DNA of 56,703 nucleotides. It comes from Convolutriloba macropyga. Its lineage: Eukaryota. Positions 9,652-23,200 of the stretch are shown here, piece by piece; positions within the stretch are counted from its first letter, which is position 1; each line of letters begins with the position of its first letter. A program made the translations under genes and the position numbers. The stretch spans positions 1 to 56,703 of the forward strand of contig NW_027453125.1 of NCBI RefSeq assembly GCF_964194025.1, in the 5' to 3' direction. Below the pieces are notes generated by a model. That model was not told where the DNA came from. It did no database searches and worked only from the letters and a program-made list of their open reading frames with translations.

Positions 9652-10866
9652 ATGTCGCGGCGAAGGAGGATATATCCGTCCAGTATCTGCACAACCGTAG
9701 TTTGGTTGTCTGTTGCGTTGCTCTCCGGCCCGAAAGCTGGCTCCTGCCATGACGCGTTGCCCGAATCTGGTTGGAGCAGGGCGTCGTGCGATGACGACGA
9801 CATGCTTGTCAGGCGTGGTGTGCCTGCTCACGAGGTGGAGGAGTGGAACCGGCTGGCTACGATTGGCGTTCTGAGATTGTTAAAGATGTGGAATGAAGGC
9901 GGTAGGAAGACCTCATCCAGCCGAGTCATCATTGCGGGCGACTCTATGGCCGGGAACACATATCAGGCCATATGGTGCGCCGCTGCGAAGGCTGGATGCG
10001 ATGTGCGGCCAGGCAACCCGTATGAAGTGCTGACCTCTGGCGGGCGATACGAATACGCCCCGGTGGAGCTAGAATTTAGAAATAAGACAGCGAGGAATCC
10101 AGTCACGGAGGCGATCGTCCAGCGGCATAGGATCAGTTGCCCCACGCTCGGATTCTCTGTCAGGCTGGTGTGGATCAAGTTTTGGTGGCTTGACGAACCC
10201 GAAGTTGGTGTGGGGAACCTGAACATTCAGACTGAGACACTGTTGGAGCTGACGAAGGACGCCACCTTCGTTTACGCCAATGTTGGCCACGACGTATCCC
10301 AGCCAGGCGCCGATGAGAGAGTCTGGTCTGTGGTTGACACTATCGCGAGCATAGCTACACGGCTGAACGCCCGGCAGCCTTTCCTCCGCATCGCCAGCAA
10401 GGACCTGCCGGCGCCTCCGCCGAGAGTGTTCGTACTAGAGAGGCCGCCAAAACACTTCTACGGGTGGGGAAATGGGACAGGGGACCACGTATCGGAACGG
10501 CATCTCCCTGTGGAGAAGCGTGCGGCCGCAGCAGAGTGCACTTGCTATCAACCTCACCACGACCAATCGCTTGTGTTCGCTGGGAACGTCAACACCCGCG
10601 CAGAAGTGATTTACCACAACACACATACACCGCCAGGAGGACTCCGCCTGGGATTGATTGCTCGATACTACTACAGCTTCCTGCATGAGCCCAGGTGCCT
10701 ACTGCACCGAGGAAGCGGGGACTGCCTGCACTTCCTGCACCACCCTGGAATTTGGTACCCGGTGATGGATGAAATGGTTGCAGCGGCGTCTGAGGAGCCT
10801 CCCACCAACACCACCAAACCATGGCGCCACATCGATTTTTCACGCAAGCTTTCTGAGGGGGACTGA
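9652..10866 (+). CDS. Intronless SGNH/GDSL-type PC-esterase (TBL-like O-acyltransferase/esterase) with N-terminal signal or anchor
   Basis: IIAGDSMAGNTYQAIWC (GDS), YANVGHD and a C-terminal DCLHF (DxxH). Hydrophobic stretch after MSRRRR; ATG at 9652. Confidence 0.7.
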   Translation: MSRRRRIYPSSICTTVVWLSVALLSGPKAGSCHDALPESGWSRASCDDDDMLVRRGVPAHEVEEWNRLATIGVLRLLKMWNEGGRKTSSSRVIIAGDSMAGNTYQAIWCAAAKAGCDVRPGNPYEVLTSGGRYEYAPVELEFRNKTARNPVTEAIVQRHRISCPTLGFSVRLVWIKFWWLDEPEVGVGNLNIQTETLLELTKDATFVYANVGHDVSQPGADERVWSVVDTIASIATRLNARQPFLRIASKDLPAPPPRVFVLERPPKHFYGWGNGTGDHVSERHLPVEKRAAAAECTCYQPHHDQSLVFAGNVNTRAEVIYHNTHTPPGGLRLGLIARYYYSFLHEPRCLLHRGSGDCLHFLHHPGIWYPVMDEMVAAASEEPPTNTTKPWRHIDFSRKLSEGD

Positions 10867-13800
10867 CAACTATCCGATCCGTCAGATGTTCCATAGGGAG
10901 TGCCAGGACGATTAAACGGCTACGATTGGACCAAGGCCACAGACAAAGTCGCCAGCTACGTGCACAGTAAATTATTAGCACAAGTACATACATATATCTC
11001 ACATCTGTGTGCCGTATATATTATAACAGGTCACAATTCACGCGCACAAAAACATCTTCAAACGTGTCTGAGTTCACATATGTACTGACAATATCGAACA
11101 CGAGGGGAAGCTGGGTCTTGTATGGATGGCCGGAGTGGGGTTGTTTATTTGTCAGCATGAAGAGCTGTCTATCCGGGCTTTGTAAAAACGTGACATGATG
11201 CAATCCGAGTGCTCAACACAGACTGGCTTCACCACTGGCAGCATGAGGCAGAGATTACAGTAGCGTCAGTTTCCATGTGTACGAAGCTTCATACACATTC
11301 CCATGCATAATTGGGAGACTATCTTTGCGCCTTGGGAGCTGCAAGTGAGCTTCGGGACTATACTAGTACTGGTGGTGTTTTGCCACACACCACAATTATT
11401 GGGAGATTCCAAACCAGCATGCACCCTCAAACGGCGTCAAGACCTGCAAAAGAATGTTGTGCGGTACTGTGAAAAAATACCACCAATAATCCTGAAGCAC
11501 TACAGACGTCGGCGAAACCCCTTTCAGCGACGTGGAGCCCTCGAGATGCAATCATGAGCAGTTTCGACTCAACAGGTCCCCCACGTCCCTGCATTGGATG
11601 TGAATCAGGCCTTCAAGCGGAAACAATGGAGATGGAGAAACGCAAGGGCTATCAGCATCAGGGCGGCCGTCAATGAGACCCTTGTGGTTACAAATCACTT
11701 ACATGGAGGGTATCGAAGCATTTGTTGACGGCAGGCTGTGATGTGCACACAGATCACCGTCGGGGAAAATTACCCTGATGCCACAGATAGTCTCATCCGC
11801 ATTAGGGCGCTGTGTGTGGAGGGTCACTAGTTTCTTCACCAGCTCCAACTTCTGCAGTCACTCATCATCTCCCCAGCTGCCGTGTTGTTCCACTCGCATA
11901 AGGGGCCCCCAAGCACGGCAGGCCCCCTGTAGACCGCGGTCGTGCCTGTGCAGAATCATAGTCAGTGATCAAGGGCTGATACGGAGAGAAGCGCAGGCCG
12001 ATCATTGTGGCCAGATGGAGGTGGTCATCATGGATAGTGAAGACGATGACAGTTTATCAGCTGCCAGCCCTGCCTCCTTTTACAGGAGCTGCATGGTCGC
12101 AGATAGGAGCTCATCCTCGGCTGGGTAGTTCGTATGTTTTTCGTGTACTGCTCAAATTTCAATCTGGGAGAACTCAGAGTCCTGTGACAGCATCCAAGCA
12201 GGCTGATGGTATGCATGGAACCGAGCTGCGCCATTCTCTTTCCGTCCATGGGAGCTAACAATGGCAAAGGACAACGCGGTAGTCGTTGGGCAAGAGGAAA
12301 ACGAATGCAGCTTGTAAGAGATGATAAAACTATCGTACAAGAGGTCAAGGGCCGGGCGGCGGGAGGAAGGCCGGGGCCGGCCATGACCGAAGAGGCAGCA
12401 GGGGCAGCTCCACGTACGGGGTATCTAACCTGGCAAACCCATACGACAAACCCCGGATGTACTGGGCTGGCCAGATGTGCAATGCCAGTACCAATCATGA
12501 CATCGACTAGCTGCTCCCTACTCAAATATGGCCCCGTGGCAGTCGGCACCACAGACGATACCATTGATCAGCGCGAGGCTAAAACGGAACGCAAGCACTG
12601 CCATATGCACGGTGCTGGTGGCAAGCTCCACAGCATTCGCGTGGTCCCTCAGCACATGGTCTAGGCCATGGGCAAGTGCATACCCGCTGCCCGGACGATG
12701 CTGGTCTTGTGATGCCATACAGTACTTGCGGGCTAGACATTTCTAACTCCAGCCCATCTGATGCTTCCCTTTGTTGGTGGCATCCCTAGTGGCAGACACA
12801 TCGTTTGAGACGACATTGCTTTTTGTCATGTGCAGTTTCCCCCGGAAACGGCCCACCATCCAGGCCCTAGTTAGGAAGCCTCTCATTTCCCAGCACAAGC
12901 AGCTATGCTGCAGCAGCACCCATGGCTGTCCATTTGCCTATGTACCCTGTTAGTAAAGTGCTTGGCTGCAGCCGCCAGAAAAGTACAAAGGAATGTACCC
13001 CAAGCAGCAGTCCCCGATCGAGGCCAAAGCGCTCGCTTTCCCAATTCCCTGTGCCCTTTTCCCTCTGCTTGGCTCGACGGGGCGCGCGGAAAAGCACTAT
13101 GCCTTTGTCTGCCCTCTGCAGGTTAATAAGTGATTACACAGAAAAGCACTGTGCCTTTCTCTGCTCTCTCAGTCTGGTGCAATATGTCATTAAAAAAAAC
13201 ATCACGGGCGACAGTGGCTGGAGGGGGCATTAAATTATTCTCGAAGATCCGAATTCATGCTGACTCTCCTGATCTATCGCTATTTCCCCACTCCCCAATC
13301 AGTGAGTGCCAAACATAAATTCCCAGGCCTGGCAGTTGGCACCCCACGGGTAGGTAGCGATAGGTACGGTATAGATAGTAGGCTCCGTGATGTGGCCAAT
13401 CTGGTTTCTAAAAAATAAAAAACATAGAAACAGGGACGTAGACAGGTCGGGCGTGCGGGGAAGGGGACCTACGGGCCCTGCGGCTGGGACCTGCGGCTGG
13501 GCAGCTAGGTATGTCCTAGGGTACCCGGATATGGGGCAGGGTAAAGCTACGTGAGAGTATAAATAAGAGTAGGGTACAATACCGACTTGGGGTAAGTAAT
13601 GGGAGTTATTATGGGACGCCCATGTTTGTAGGATACCTGCCCTACCCTCTACCTACAAGTATTATTTATGTATATCGGTATAGGGCGTACAAGCGCGTGA
13701 TTATGCATGGCGCATGGGCGGCTACGTGGCAAACCAAGTACTCGTACAACGTACATATATGGACAGAAAATGTGAAACGTACTGCAACGGCCGGGAAATG

Positions 13801-14142
13801 GGGTTTTGGAGGCGAAAACACACGGGACAGAAATAAATGAATTTGTACCTACCCCCGGCACTTCAATCCTTGCCCGCCGTTATTCCGGTACGTTTTCATT
13901 TTTCCAGTGCGTACACCAGCGCCGTGATTGTAGCACTGTTCTTTCGTCCCCGGGGGTGAAAAAAAAGCACTGTTTTTTCGTCCGCTCCACCTGCCCCCAC
14001 TGAAGAACCACACACTTTCCCCTGTAGTCTTTGAGTGCAACCTGTGCATATTAGTAGTATGTGCTCCGTTGATTGCGCTTTCTGTTCTCGATGCAGATAC
14101 AAATAGACCACTTCGTTACGTTGCCATGCATTTTACCACAAC

Positions 14143-14220
14143 TGCTTACTACTGCTTTCTTGCATTCACAGTGCTTACTGCTTTCTTGCATTCATAGTTA
14201 GTGCTTCCTGCTTTCTTGCA
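14143..14220. repeat. Three-copy ~26-30 bp tandem repeat (TGCTTACTGCTTTCTTGCATTCA-like)
   Basis: Directly visible. Confidence 0.7.
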
Positions 14221-16169
14221 ATATGCACAATTCGTACACATGATACATGATTCAATGGGTCGATGTTGTTCGCAGGCCATGAGTGTAGCATGCAGTGTCC
14301 CCGGTAAGCCGGTTGCTGCCACTGATTGCAAAGTTTGCATAGGGATTGATCTATGTGCACAGTCAGTTTAGCTAGCACAGAACATAGTAATTATGCGTCT
14401 GCATGGCATGTGCTCATTTGTGTAATGTGAACTAGCTGTCGTTACTTGTTACTACCATACCAAGTGCATGTAGCGTATGTTGTTTTATCCCACACCACTG
14501 TTAGCCATTCCTGATCTGGCGTCAGCTTTGTCGGCCTTCAACACAGGTGATTCATTCGTGTGCCGTGCGTGTGACTCTGGATACTGTGTTCATGGAAATT
14601 ATGCATATGGTGTCACGTCATGAAGTAGTTGTTGTTACTACCACACCAAGTGCATGCAACGTATATTGTTTTGCCTCATGGATTGCATACTATTCGACCA
14701 ATGGCCTCCGACACAAATCAAATGTCGTTTTTGTCCCATATGCCATGCAGCAGGTGGACGGCCTACTACGGCGCCATGTAAAATGGCAGATTCAATAAAA
14801 ACCCCGCCTTGCGGCAGCTGCACGACACATCTTGTCATGCAGTACAACGAGTGTCTCTCATGTTGTAAAGTGCACCACTGCTTTCAAGGAATGGTGTTAT
14901 TAATCTGCATGCTTTGCGGCAATGACGTGACTGTACATATTCCCCACCGCCAAAGAAATTCATGGCTTGAACATATTCACGGATCTCATTGAATTGGTAT
15001 TGAAGACGTGTTGCAGGTTGCCTTGAATGCATACTTTGCTTTGTTCGCACTTTTCTTTGCACTTTTGTTTGCTCGCGCAGTGTACACAGATATGTATACC
15101 GCTTTGCATTTTGAACATACAGTACAGGCGACTAGCAACACTCTGATCAAGACCACAACAAACGCAAATGATACATCTATTTAGGTAGTGCGGTCAACAC
15201 CTACTAGTCATCTGCAGCTTGTTCTCGTCATAGCAATAACCTATCTTTGTTATTAGACGTGACACTTTTTTGTGCCGGCTCATCTGTAAAGCAGCCTGTC
15301 GTGCAACAAAATGAATATCATGTTCAGATCCCAAGCTGTTCAATGTTACAACCGCCCACCATTCCCATATTTCTACCACTAGTAGCTTGTTTCTAGTCAT
15401 GTGACCTAGTACTACCCACCTGTACCTACGACTGAAGCTGTCCCACTTGTCTTTCTCATGAGTGAACTGTAATATGACGAAACCAATTTGGTCCTTACCT
15501 AATCCGACATATCTTTTTTCGATCTTGTCGTCATGGGGAACGCCATGCTTGCGCAACTAAGGGCGCTTTGCTCGTCCAGGGGCACCTGTCGACCATTGCA
15601 GATGCGCTGTTAACTGTCGACTCCGCACAGGTCTGCTCGCTATGCAGCGCATGCCACCACACCTGCCAGGTCTCTACCTCCACCAACCCTATTACTAGCC
15701 ATGCAAACGAGCGTTCTTCGAATTCGTGCTTACCTCCAATGCCTGCCATTCGATTGTGGCGAGTCCTCAGGTCTTTTCCTTCGCTTGCGCGTCAGAGGTC
15801 AGCATTTGGTGCAACCAAACAGGCGTGGGTGAGGTCTTGTCACCACACATCCCTCTGGACGCGCACGCCGCCTTCTAGCGTCCCAATTTCCACGTACCTC
15901 GTATCTTATAATCCTCTATTTCCATATCTCACCATTTTGCTACACCAATGTTTACAATGTTGCCAATCTGTCTGAGCATCTGAGCCAGTGTAGCCACCTG
16001 GATATTCCCCAAAACGTACCGTCATCACAATTAATCCACGCAATGAAATGCTACATTGGCGAGGCATCATGGCTCGCAACTCGCATGTCTCCCACTACCC
16101 ACCCACCCTGGGACAATATAAAAAGGCGAAACACGAGAAGGGTGGTGGTTGGGGTGGGGCGGCTCCCCT

Positions 16170-16320
16170 GTCTCCCTGAAAATGCTAAAAATGTAAGGGG
16201 ACAAGAGGGCAAGGGGGCCGTGAGGTGCGAACGAGACCTAAGATACCCTAACTATGTAAGGATGTGTTGACCTTAAGATTATGGGGGGGGGGCACTAATG
16301 GTTCCCAAGGCTACGTCCTA
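16170..16320. mobile_element. Terminal repeat of the Academ-like family (right end, ...GGCTACGTCCTA); element body probably lies to the left (~14100-16170, decayed)
   Basis: Reverse-complement match to 39330-39490 (GGACAAGAGGGCAA.GGGGCCGTGAGGTGCG, TGTAAGGATGTGTT, TAAGATTATGGGG, GGTTCCCAAGGCTACGTCCTA). Confidence 0.7.
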
Positions 16321-18163
16321 ACTATCCATTAATCTCCGGTCTCTCGTCCTCGTACTCGTGCGATATCATAGGAGGCCACCCGACGCCATTATTAGAAGCC
16401 CGCGTAAAAGAACCTGCGATCATGTATATGCCACCTACGGCCTACCGTGTACGTCTTCGATTTACAGTCAATCTGACCTGGCTGTCACGAGAGGCCACCA
16501 TCAGGTCACGCCCCCCCCCAGCCAGGTGGCATCACTTGCTCTTCGGTGACGCGGTCGCAAGCTGTACGAGTGGCCGGCAGGCCGGAGACCGGGGTATCCA
16601 CGCCCGGTCCACCCCGTTAGGTACCCTACGCGCAGCGCGCGAATGAATCGTGTGGTCTGTCGCCACTACTGTTGCTTTAGGTCGTCATAGCCTCCAGCGG
16701 AATCGCGCTCTGTGGCTCTTGCTCTCTCCTTCACGGTCGTTTTGAGAGGCGACACCGCGCCCGAGGAACTCCGCAGGCGGCCTTGTGAGGCTCAGGATTT
16801 GCGGGGTGCTCACGTCCGGGCTCGGCCGAGCAGCTGGGTGAGGTTGGAGCCTGCCACTGTGCCAGAGTACCATACAGGCACCGCACTTGGCCCAACCGTT
16901 GAAATTGTGCGGCTTAACCGGTAGTTCTGCTGCTTTGGGCTGCCTTGCAGGTTCGGCAGCACTGGATTTGTAGGTTGAAGAATAGCTTTGCCAACACAAT
17001 GAGTGTAAGCTGCTCCTGGCTTCCCTTTCCCTCACAGGCTGAGTGGCAACAGCTTGCGGTCACCCCCCCCCCGGCCCCCTTTTGCTGTGCTTGCCAGGGT
17101 AGCCTCATCCACTCACGCGCGCCCATGAGCGAAATCAACTCCCGTCATCCGCCGGCTCTAGTTTCTCACCCCCCTCGGCCTCCGACGCAGTCTCTGATGC
17201 TGATCACAAGCCCACCATGCCTACTCTGCCTTCAGGGCCTTTCACGCTCCGCGGCAGCCTCAGTCCTGGGGATTTGCCAGTTCTGCTTCTCCAGGCGTGG
17301 CACGGGCGCTGCAAGGCCTGCAGGAGAAGCTTGCAAATGGTTTACCCCCCATATGTCTGGGCCACAGAGACCTCACACCTATCCCAATGCCACCCTCCAC
17401 TGTCCTTCTCACGTTACCCTGCACTGCACAGCAGCTCCCACGAACTTCCCTGTCTGCATGTCTTTCAGGCGTCCTATCTCTCTGCTGCTCGTGCCGCCGA
17501 TGTTCACCTGGCCTGCCGGCCTGGCATGTCCTGCCATTGGTGTGCCCGGTATGCTGCACATCGCATGCGACCGTGTCCCTACCACTGGGTGAACGTTTAT
17601 TAGTAGTGTACCACTATTAGTTAGTAGTGTACCACCGAGACGGTGAGAGGTGTTTTACTGCTATTTTTTTACACAAGGAATATTGGAATTGCACCAAATC
17701 GCCAGTTCCTAGTAGGGGATAGGTACCTACCCTACCTAGAGTAGGGAAATTGCTACCCATGTATATTATGCCTATGAAAAGTGTATAATAAACCTCGTAG
17801 GGTTTTTTACTAGTGTTGCACAATGCACATACTACTAATTTTGATACTTCAATAATAAGAAATGTGCCATCCCTATCTCGGCAGAGTGGATTTTTACACC
17901 GATATGGGTGACTTTTCCGGACTTGTCCTTATCAACGAGTTGAGCGAATATTCGGATTCACAGCTGCATTGCACAGTGTACGAGTACAGAGAGTAATATC
18001 GTCTCATCGAAACCCGGCCACGCACACCAACGGGCAGCGACAGCGCGCGAAATGATGATGGGTGGCATGGCGGCTCCAGCAAACAGTTGGAGCTAGTGAT
18101 ATCAGCTTGTCTCGTCACTCGCTTCTTTGCTGCTGGCCAGTGTCGAAGATATGGTCTTTAGAA

Positions 18164-20212
18164 ATGTTTAACTCGAGTACCGCTGCTCCGTCTCGATGCC
18201 GTGCTTCTCAGCTGCCCGGTCGCGTCGCTGCTGCAGGCCCTCCCACACCTTGCCAGCTGGCCACTTCGAACCTTCGAGCACGCCGGGGACATGCCGGAGC
18301 GGATCTCGCCGCGCCCCAACGGTACTCGCTCTACGTGCGATCGAATGTTGGAATCGTCCGAGGACCCCATGGTGGAAGCACCAAAGGGCGCCTACACCAC
18401 ACCGCAGCACTCGCAGTCGCGGAGCCGCCTGTCGTAAACCCCTCGGGGCAGCAGCTAGCTCCGTCTGATCGGACCGAGGAACCTGATCTAGTGGGCAGCC
18501 GCTACCGTCTAGGGCCAGTTCTTGGCAGGGGCAGCTTTGGGACGGTGTACTTGGCCAATGACACGCATTTGGATGACCGCCTCGTTGCTGTGAAGAAGCT
18601 AAGTCGGAGGGCAAAATATCGTTTGACGGAGGAGGACCAGCAGTTCAAAGTTCGTGAAGAGGTAAGAACTACTTGACACATGCACGCGAGGGTTGCAAAA
18701 TCGGGGTTGTACACTCTTGATGTGACGCAGTCGACGGTGATGATTCACGGATTCTGTCATCGTCAATATACGAAAAACACACATTGTAGCCACGTCGATT
18801 GTCCCCATGTCGCATCCTCCACATCAAGCACCCTACGTTTCCACCACAGCGAGAACGTGAGCTGTTGAGACTGTATGTATCTAGGCGCTATACATACGCA
18901 GTACGCTTGTAGAGCTGCGTGGCTGCCTGCCGAGGCGGATGGATGACGCAGTGTTGTACTCACGTACATCATGTTTGATTTTCCCCAATCGACTTGTCAT
19001 GCCTAGGTTCGCTTACTACGGGGGGTACTGAGCTGTCGACTTGTCAGTCAGTTCCATGGTTTTGAAACCATGGGCGACCACACGTACCTGGTGATGGAGC
19101 GGATCGACGGGCCAAGTCTCGAGGAAGTGGTCAAGCGACGTGGGAAGTTGACTGAGAGCGAAGCGGCAGCGGCTATTCATGACATCCTACAGGTCAGTCC
19201 GGGCAGTGTATATGTGAGAGGTCCCCTTGCAGCTGCTTCCATGAATTAATTGCAGGCACACCTCTTATCACAAATGACACTATTGTCGCTATATCGACGT
19301 AAGTGATGCGATGTGTCTACAGACCTTGTCACACTGCCACGGAGCTGGGATCTGCCACTCTGATGTTAAGCCCGCAAACTTCTTGTACCAAGCAGTGAGC
19401 AGCTCCATTGACAGCAAGCCTTCAGGACATGTACAAGAAGCTATGGGACATTACACTCAAAGACGTCCCAGTAATCAGGACCCGGAACACCTCTGTGCGC
19501 TGGACCTCAACATGCGCGTGCTGAAAGCCATTGACTTTGGATGTAGCCCGCAGGTCTCCCATGCTCATCCTAAGCTCACCATTCCCAAGGTCCGTGCTGT
19601 GGCCATGCTAGGACCCCATCTCTGCTTCCATGGGAGTTGTGTTGCTTGCTCGCTACTCAGGGCCCATGATAGACGGCTGACTTCCTGTTGCCCATGTACT
19701 GCCATATTTCAGGGCACTCCAGTATCTTCAGCGCCAGAGCTTTACATGAGGAGCTACAGCAGCGAGGCTGACATTTGGAGCTGTGGCATGATCCTCCACC
19801 ATCTGCTCACCGGCAAGCTCCCATTCTGGGATTCTCCGCTTGATGACCTCACCAGGAAGCAGGTAAGCACAGCCTCTGTGCAAAAGCCAGCGGCTTTCCT
19901 CTGACTTGCGCCTCGGCCGTTGCCAAATGCAATGCCTCCTATTTCCCCTTTCTTTCTTGTCATGAGGCCCGCAAGGGCTCTTGTATGCGGACTGTCCTCA
20001 TGCTAGTCTCTGTCTGATGTTCACAAGTGTTTGATGGAGTCATGCATGCCAAGTTGGATCTGAACACCTCAGACTGGCAGGACATTTCGCCCGAGGCGGC
20101 GGACCTGTGCAAGCAAATGCTTGAGCGACGGGAAGCGTTCCGCCCGTCGGCAAACCGCGCAGTGGAGCATCCATGGATTCAAAAGCACATGCAAAACCGA
20201 ACCGGCAGTTAG
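18164..20212 (+). CDS. Ser/Thr protein kinase, CDPK/CAMK-like without EF hands; 5 exons (~18164-18661, 19007-19192, 19323-19589, 19713-19862, ~20027-20212)
   Basis: LGRGSFGTV, VAVKKL, YLVME, HSDVKPANFL, KAIDFG, GTP..APE, ADIWSCG, ISPEAADL..HPW. GT-AG introns, except that the last acceptor is anomalous. Ser/Arg/Ala-rich N-terminus resembles a transit peptide. Confidence 0.88.
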
Positions 20213-23200
20213 TGGGAGTAATCAACTGTTCCGCACTGGGCTACCCCTCGCTGGGAAGATTATGGGGGACGGTACTCCTACCGCTGTTAGGCGAGCTGCT
20301 ACAAAATGCACATGCATGCAGCACATATGACGAATGTTGCTTTGAAGTTTTGCGTGCGCTGCATGCCTCAGCAGTGGCACAGATTCATCGTACAAATGCT
20401 GGACATATGTACGTGATGCGTACATGTGGAGAGAGAGAGAGAGAGAGAGTTCTTTCGAGAGTTACTTTAATAGCTTTTCGGACATCTTGAGGTATAGTCA
20501 CCTGTATAGACCTGCACCCAGGAGTCTTAATAGACTTGTACACAAGGGTCGCATTTTGACCCAGCGAAGTATCAGCTAGCATGTACGTCAGCCATTCTGG
20601 TGGGTAGGCGGGCACAACATGGCTAGGCTGTGGTGCCGCTGCTCGTTTGTAGAGTCCTTGACTCACCAACCACGGTCATATAGCCGTCATGGCGCAGAGC
20701 GTTTTCCCTGTGCTTCGCCTACGGAAGGATCAACCTGAGTTTTGGAGGTGTTGTCGCCAACCTAAACAGCACAAATTTTGTAATTTGATCTATATTGTTG
20801 CATGCATACATAAGCCTTTAACAGCTTTCGCTCATCGTGGCTAGCTCTTGTGCATGCTAGCCTCACTGCATGCACCTTGTATGCATTTGATGACATATTG
20901 ATCTGTGGCGGTTTACATGTAGTTGGAGCAACTGGGACTGTTCATGTGACGCTGCATGGAAAGGGCTCTACGTTATTGGAGGTGCCGCGCCCAGCGTGAG
21001 TAACTACACTTAACGTACCAGGCACATACAGGGAAATCTAGCGATCGACACTCGGTGGTGTCATATTCCTATTTCCAGTGCGAGGGCGTTGGTTTTTCCA
21101 AGCTTGATCGAGCACAATTTTGTACCCGCACCAATAAGAGCGAAGAAGCCGTCGGCTGGTGGCCGACCTAACCATCGCGTCCGGGCCGGAGGGGTTTTGG
21201 CCGACTTCCTGCTTGGCAGCTAGGTGCAATTCGTGGGCATGTCGGCACGATATAGGCTAGGGTATGCACCTAGCACGGCCGCCTCCGGGACCCCTCCCCG
21301 GCCGGTCGGTCTCGATAACACCTAACAATGTCTGCATGCAAAACGTTGCAGTTCCTACACCTCTCGGCCCTCACATATGCCCAATTATATCCCTCCGGCT
21401 GCTAGCTGGCGGTTCACATCCCTGTCGTCCCTCGATCTGTTGCTTTGCACGTGTGTAAGTAACTGACAGTATACAATTTCGGCCAGCGAGTTTATATCTC
21501 TTGGCCGTTAAGCACACCGACTTCCTTCCAGTAAAAGGCCGGGGATGGGGGCGGGGAAGTGACCAGCTTGTTTGCGGAATGAAAATCACAAGGGCACCCC
21601 TGTTAATTCCCCCCTAGATGCACTGGTCCAAGCTGCAGCGCAATGTTTTGGGCGTGGTTGAAGTCCTGAGCTTGCTCTGGGCATGTGCTATAGGTCTTGG
21701 GTGGGGGAGCTGCTCCTGTCGAATGCATGATCACCGTGATCTGCATGGCTTGCTCGCGCTTTTCCCTGCCTGTTAATAATGCCACCATATGGTGTGCATG
21801 CACACTTCCGATCCATGAGCTGGCCGCATATGGCCAGCTGCACATATCCTGCGACCTGCATGCACCCATGATGTGCCTACTAGTAGCTTGCCATTGCAGT
21901 GGCGGTGCAGCTGTTTGCTTCCAGAGGTGGCGTTTGGATGTAGTGGTTTCCTACTAACTAATGTTAAAAGAAGAAACGATAATTAGACAGAGTGAGCGCT
22001 AATTGGAAGAAGAAGGGCCGGGGTTGCTCCAATTGCAATTACAATGTATACCGTCGGCCCAGGATGTATATCCTGACGGCTCATGCGCCCGACGTCAGCT
22101 CATCCACTGATGCACCTGCCTGCTGCCTTGCCAGTTAACGCTACGTGCGCAAGACATACATTTTTTTTTAAGTACAGACATTCGACACGCATGACATTCA
22201 CTGCACCGACTGGCCGGGCACTGTATGGGCCATTCATTGACTGTTATAATAATTACAAAAGGCTTAACAATTTTAAATTCTGGTAAAATCTACGATAATC
22301 TACGGTCCATCTGTACCATCATTGTAAAACTGTGGATATCTGATATCTGTGGAGAAAGTAAAACGTACCCTACACGTACTTCCTACTCTAGAGAGAACGC
22401 TGTGGTCGGTGGGCCGCGCCCGCCGCCCGGGCCCCAGCCTCAAGTTAGGAGGTAGGGTACCTACTCCAGTCTCCATTGGTATATTTCTCGAAAGCAGGGA
22501 CTCTCTCTATCTTTTATTAGCTAGAGAGTACGAGTAGAGAGCTAGAGTCAGAGAGTATTGTGTATGCACAGTCTCATGTGCAGGGATCGATCCTCTCTAC
22601 TAGAGAGCTCAGTCACCTACCGTACTCGTACATATGTATGTTGTTACGCGGTGCGGCGTACGCGTGTACATGCGTGAGTGATCAATTGATCATACACGCA
22701 GGTACATAACTCGTACTACACTACCCTATTATATATTGAAAAAGCTAGAAACTGCGTACGAGACACGAGCACCTGATTTCATACGGACTTTGGTGCATCG
22801 CGAGAGGATCACTGAGTCAGTTTCTTTAACACCCGCTGAGTCAGTTATTTGAACTTTGAAGAACGGGCCAATATTTGTGTCGTCATGTATGTCAACAGTT
22901 TTAATGATTAAAATATCTATTAATGATCAACACTTATAAGTTGTTGTATCGCATAACACTTCGTCTGATCTCGATAGTAGTATATTCTAATCGGGATTTC
23001 CTCAGATATCGCTCCAGATGTCCGGTGTCGTTCCATGTTACCATGTATAGCTATCCCTACAGGATCTACACGGGTGCACGCAGCGCAAGACAACGTACGT
23101 CACAAACTGCCGGGGGTGGTAGGTATCCCTACGGGATACCTACTATACGGGGAGCGCGCGGCATGCGTGGTGACAGCGACCGAGGGCGAACAGTGCGTTT

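Noticed and set aside
16945-17603. 215-aa and 128-aa ORFs
   Set aside because: No domain motifs; the composition looks intronic or intergenic.
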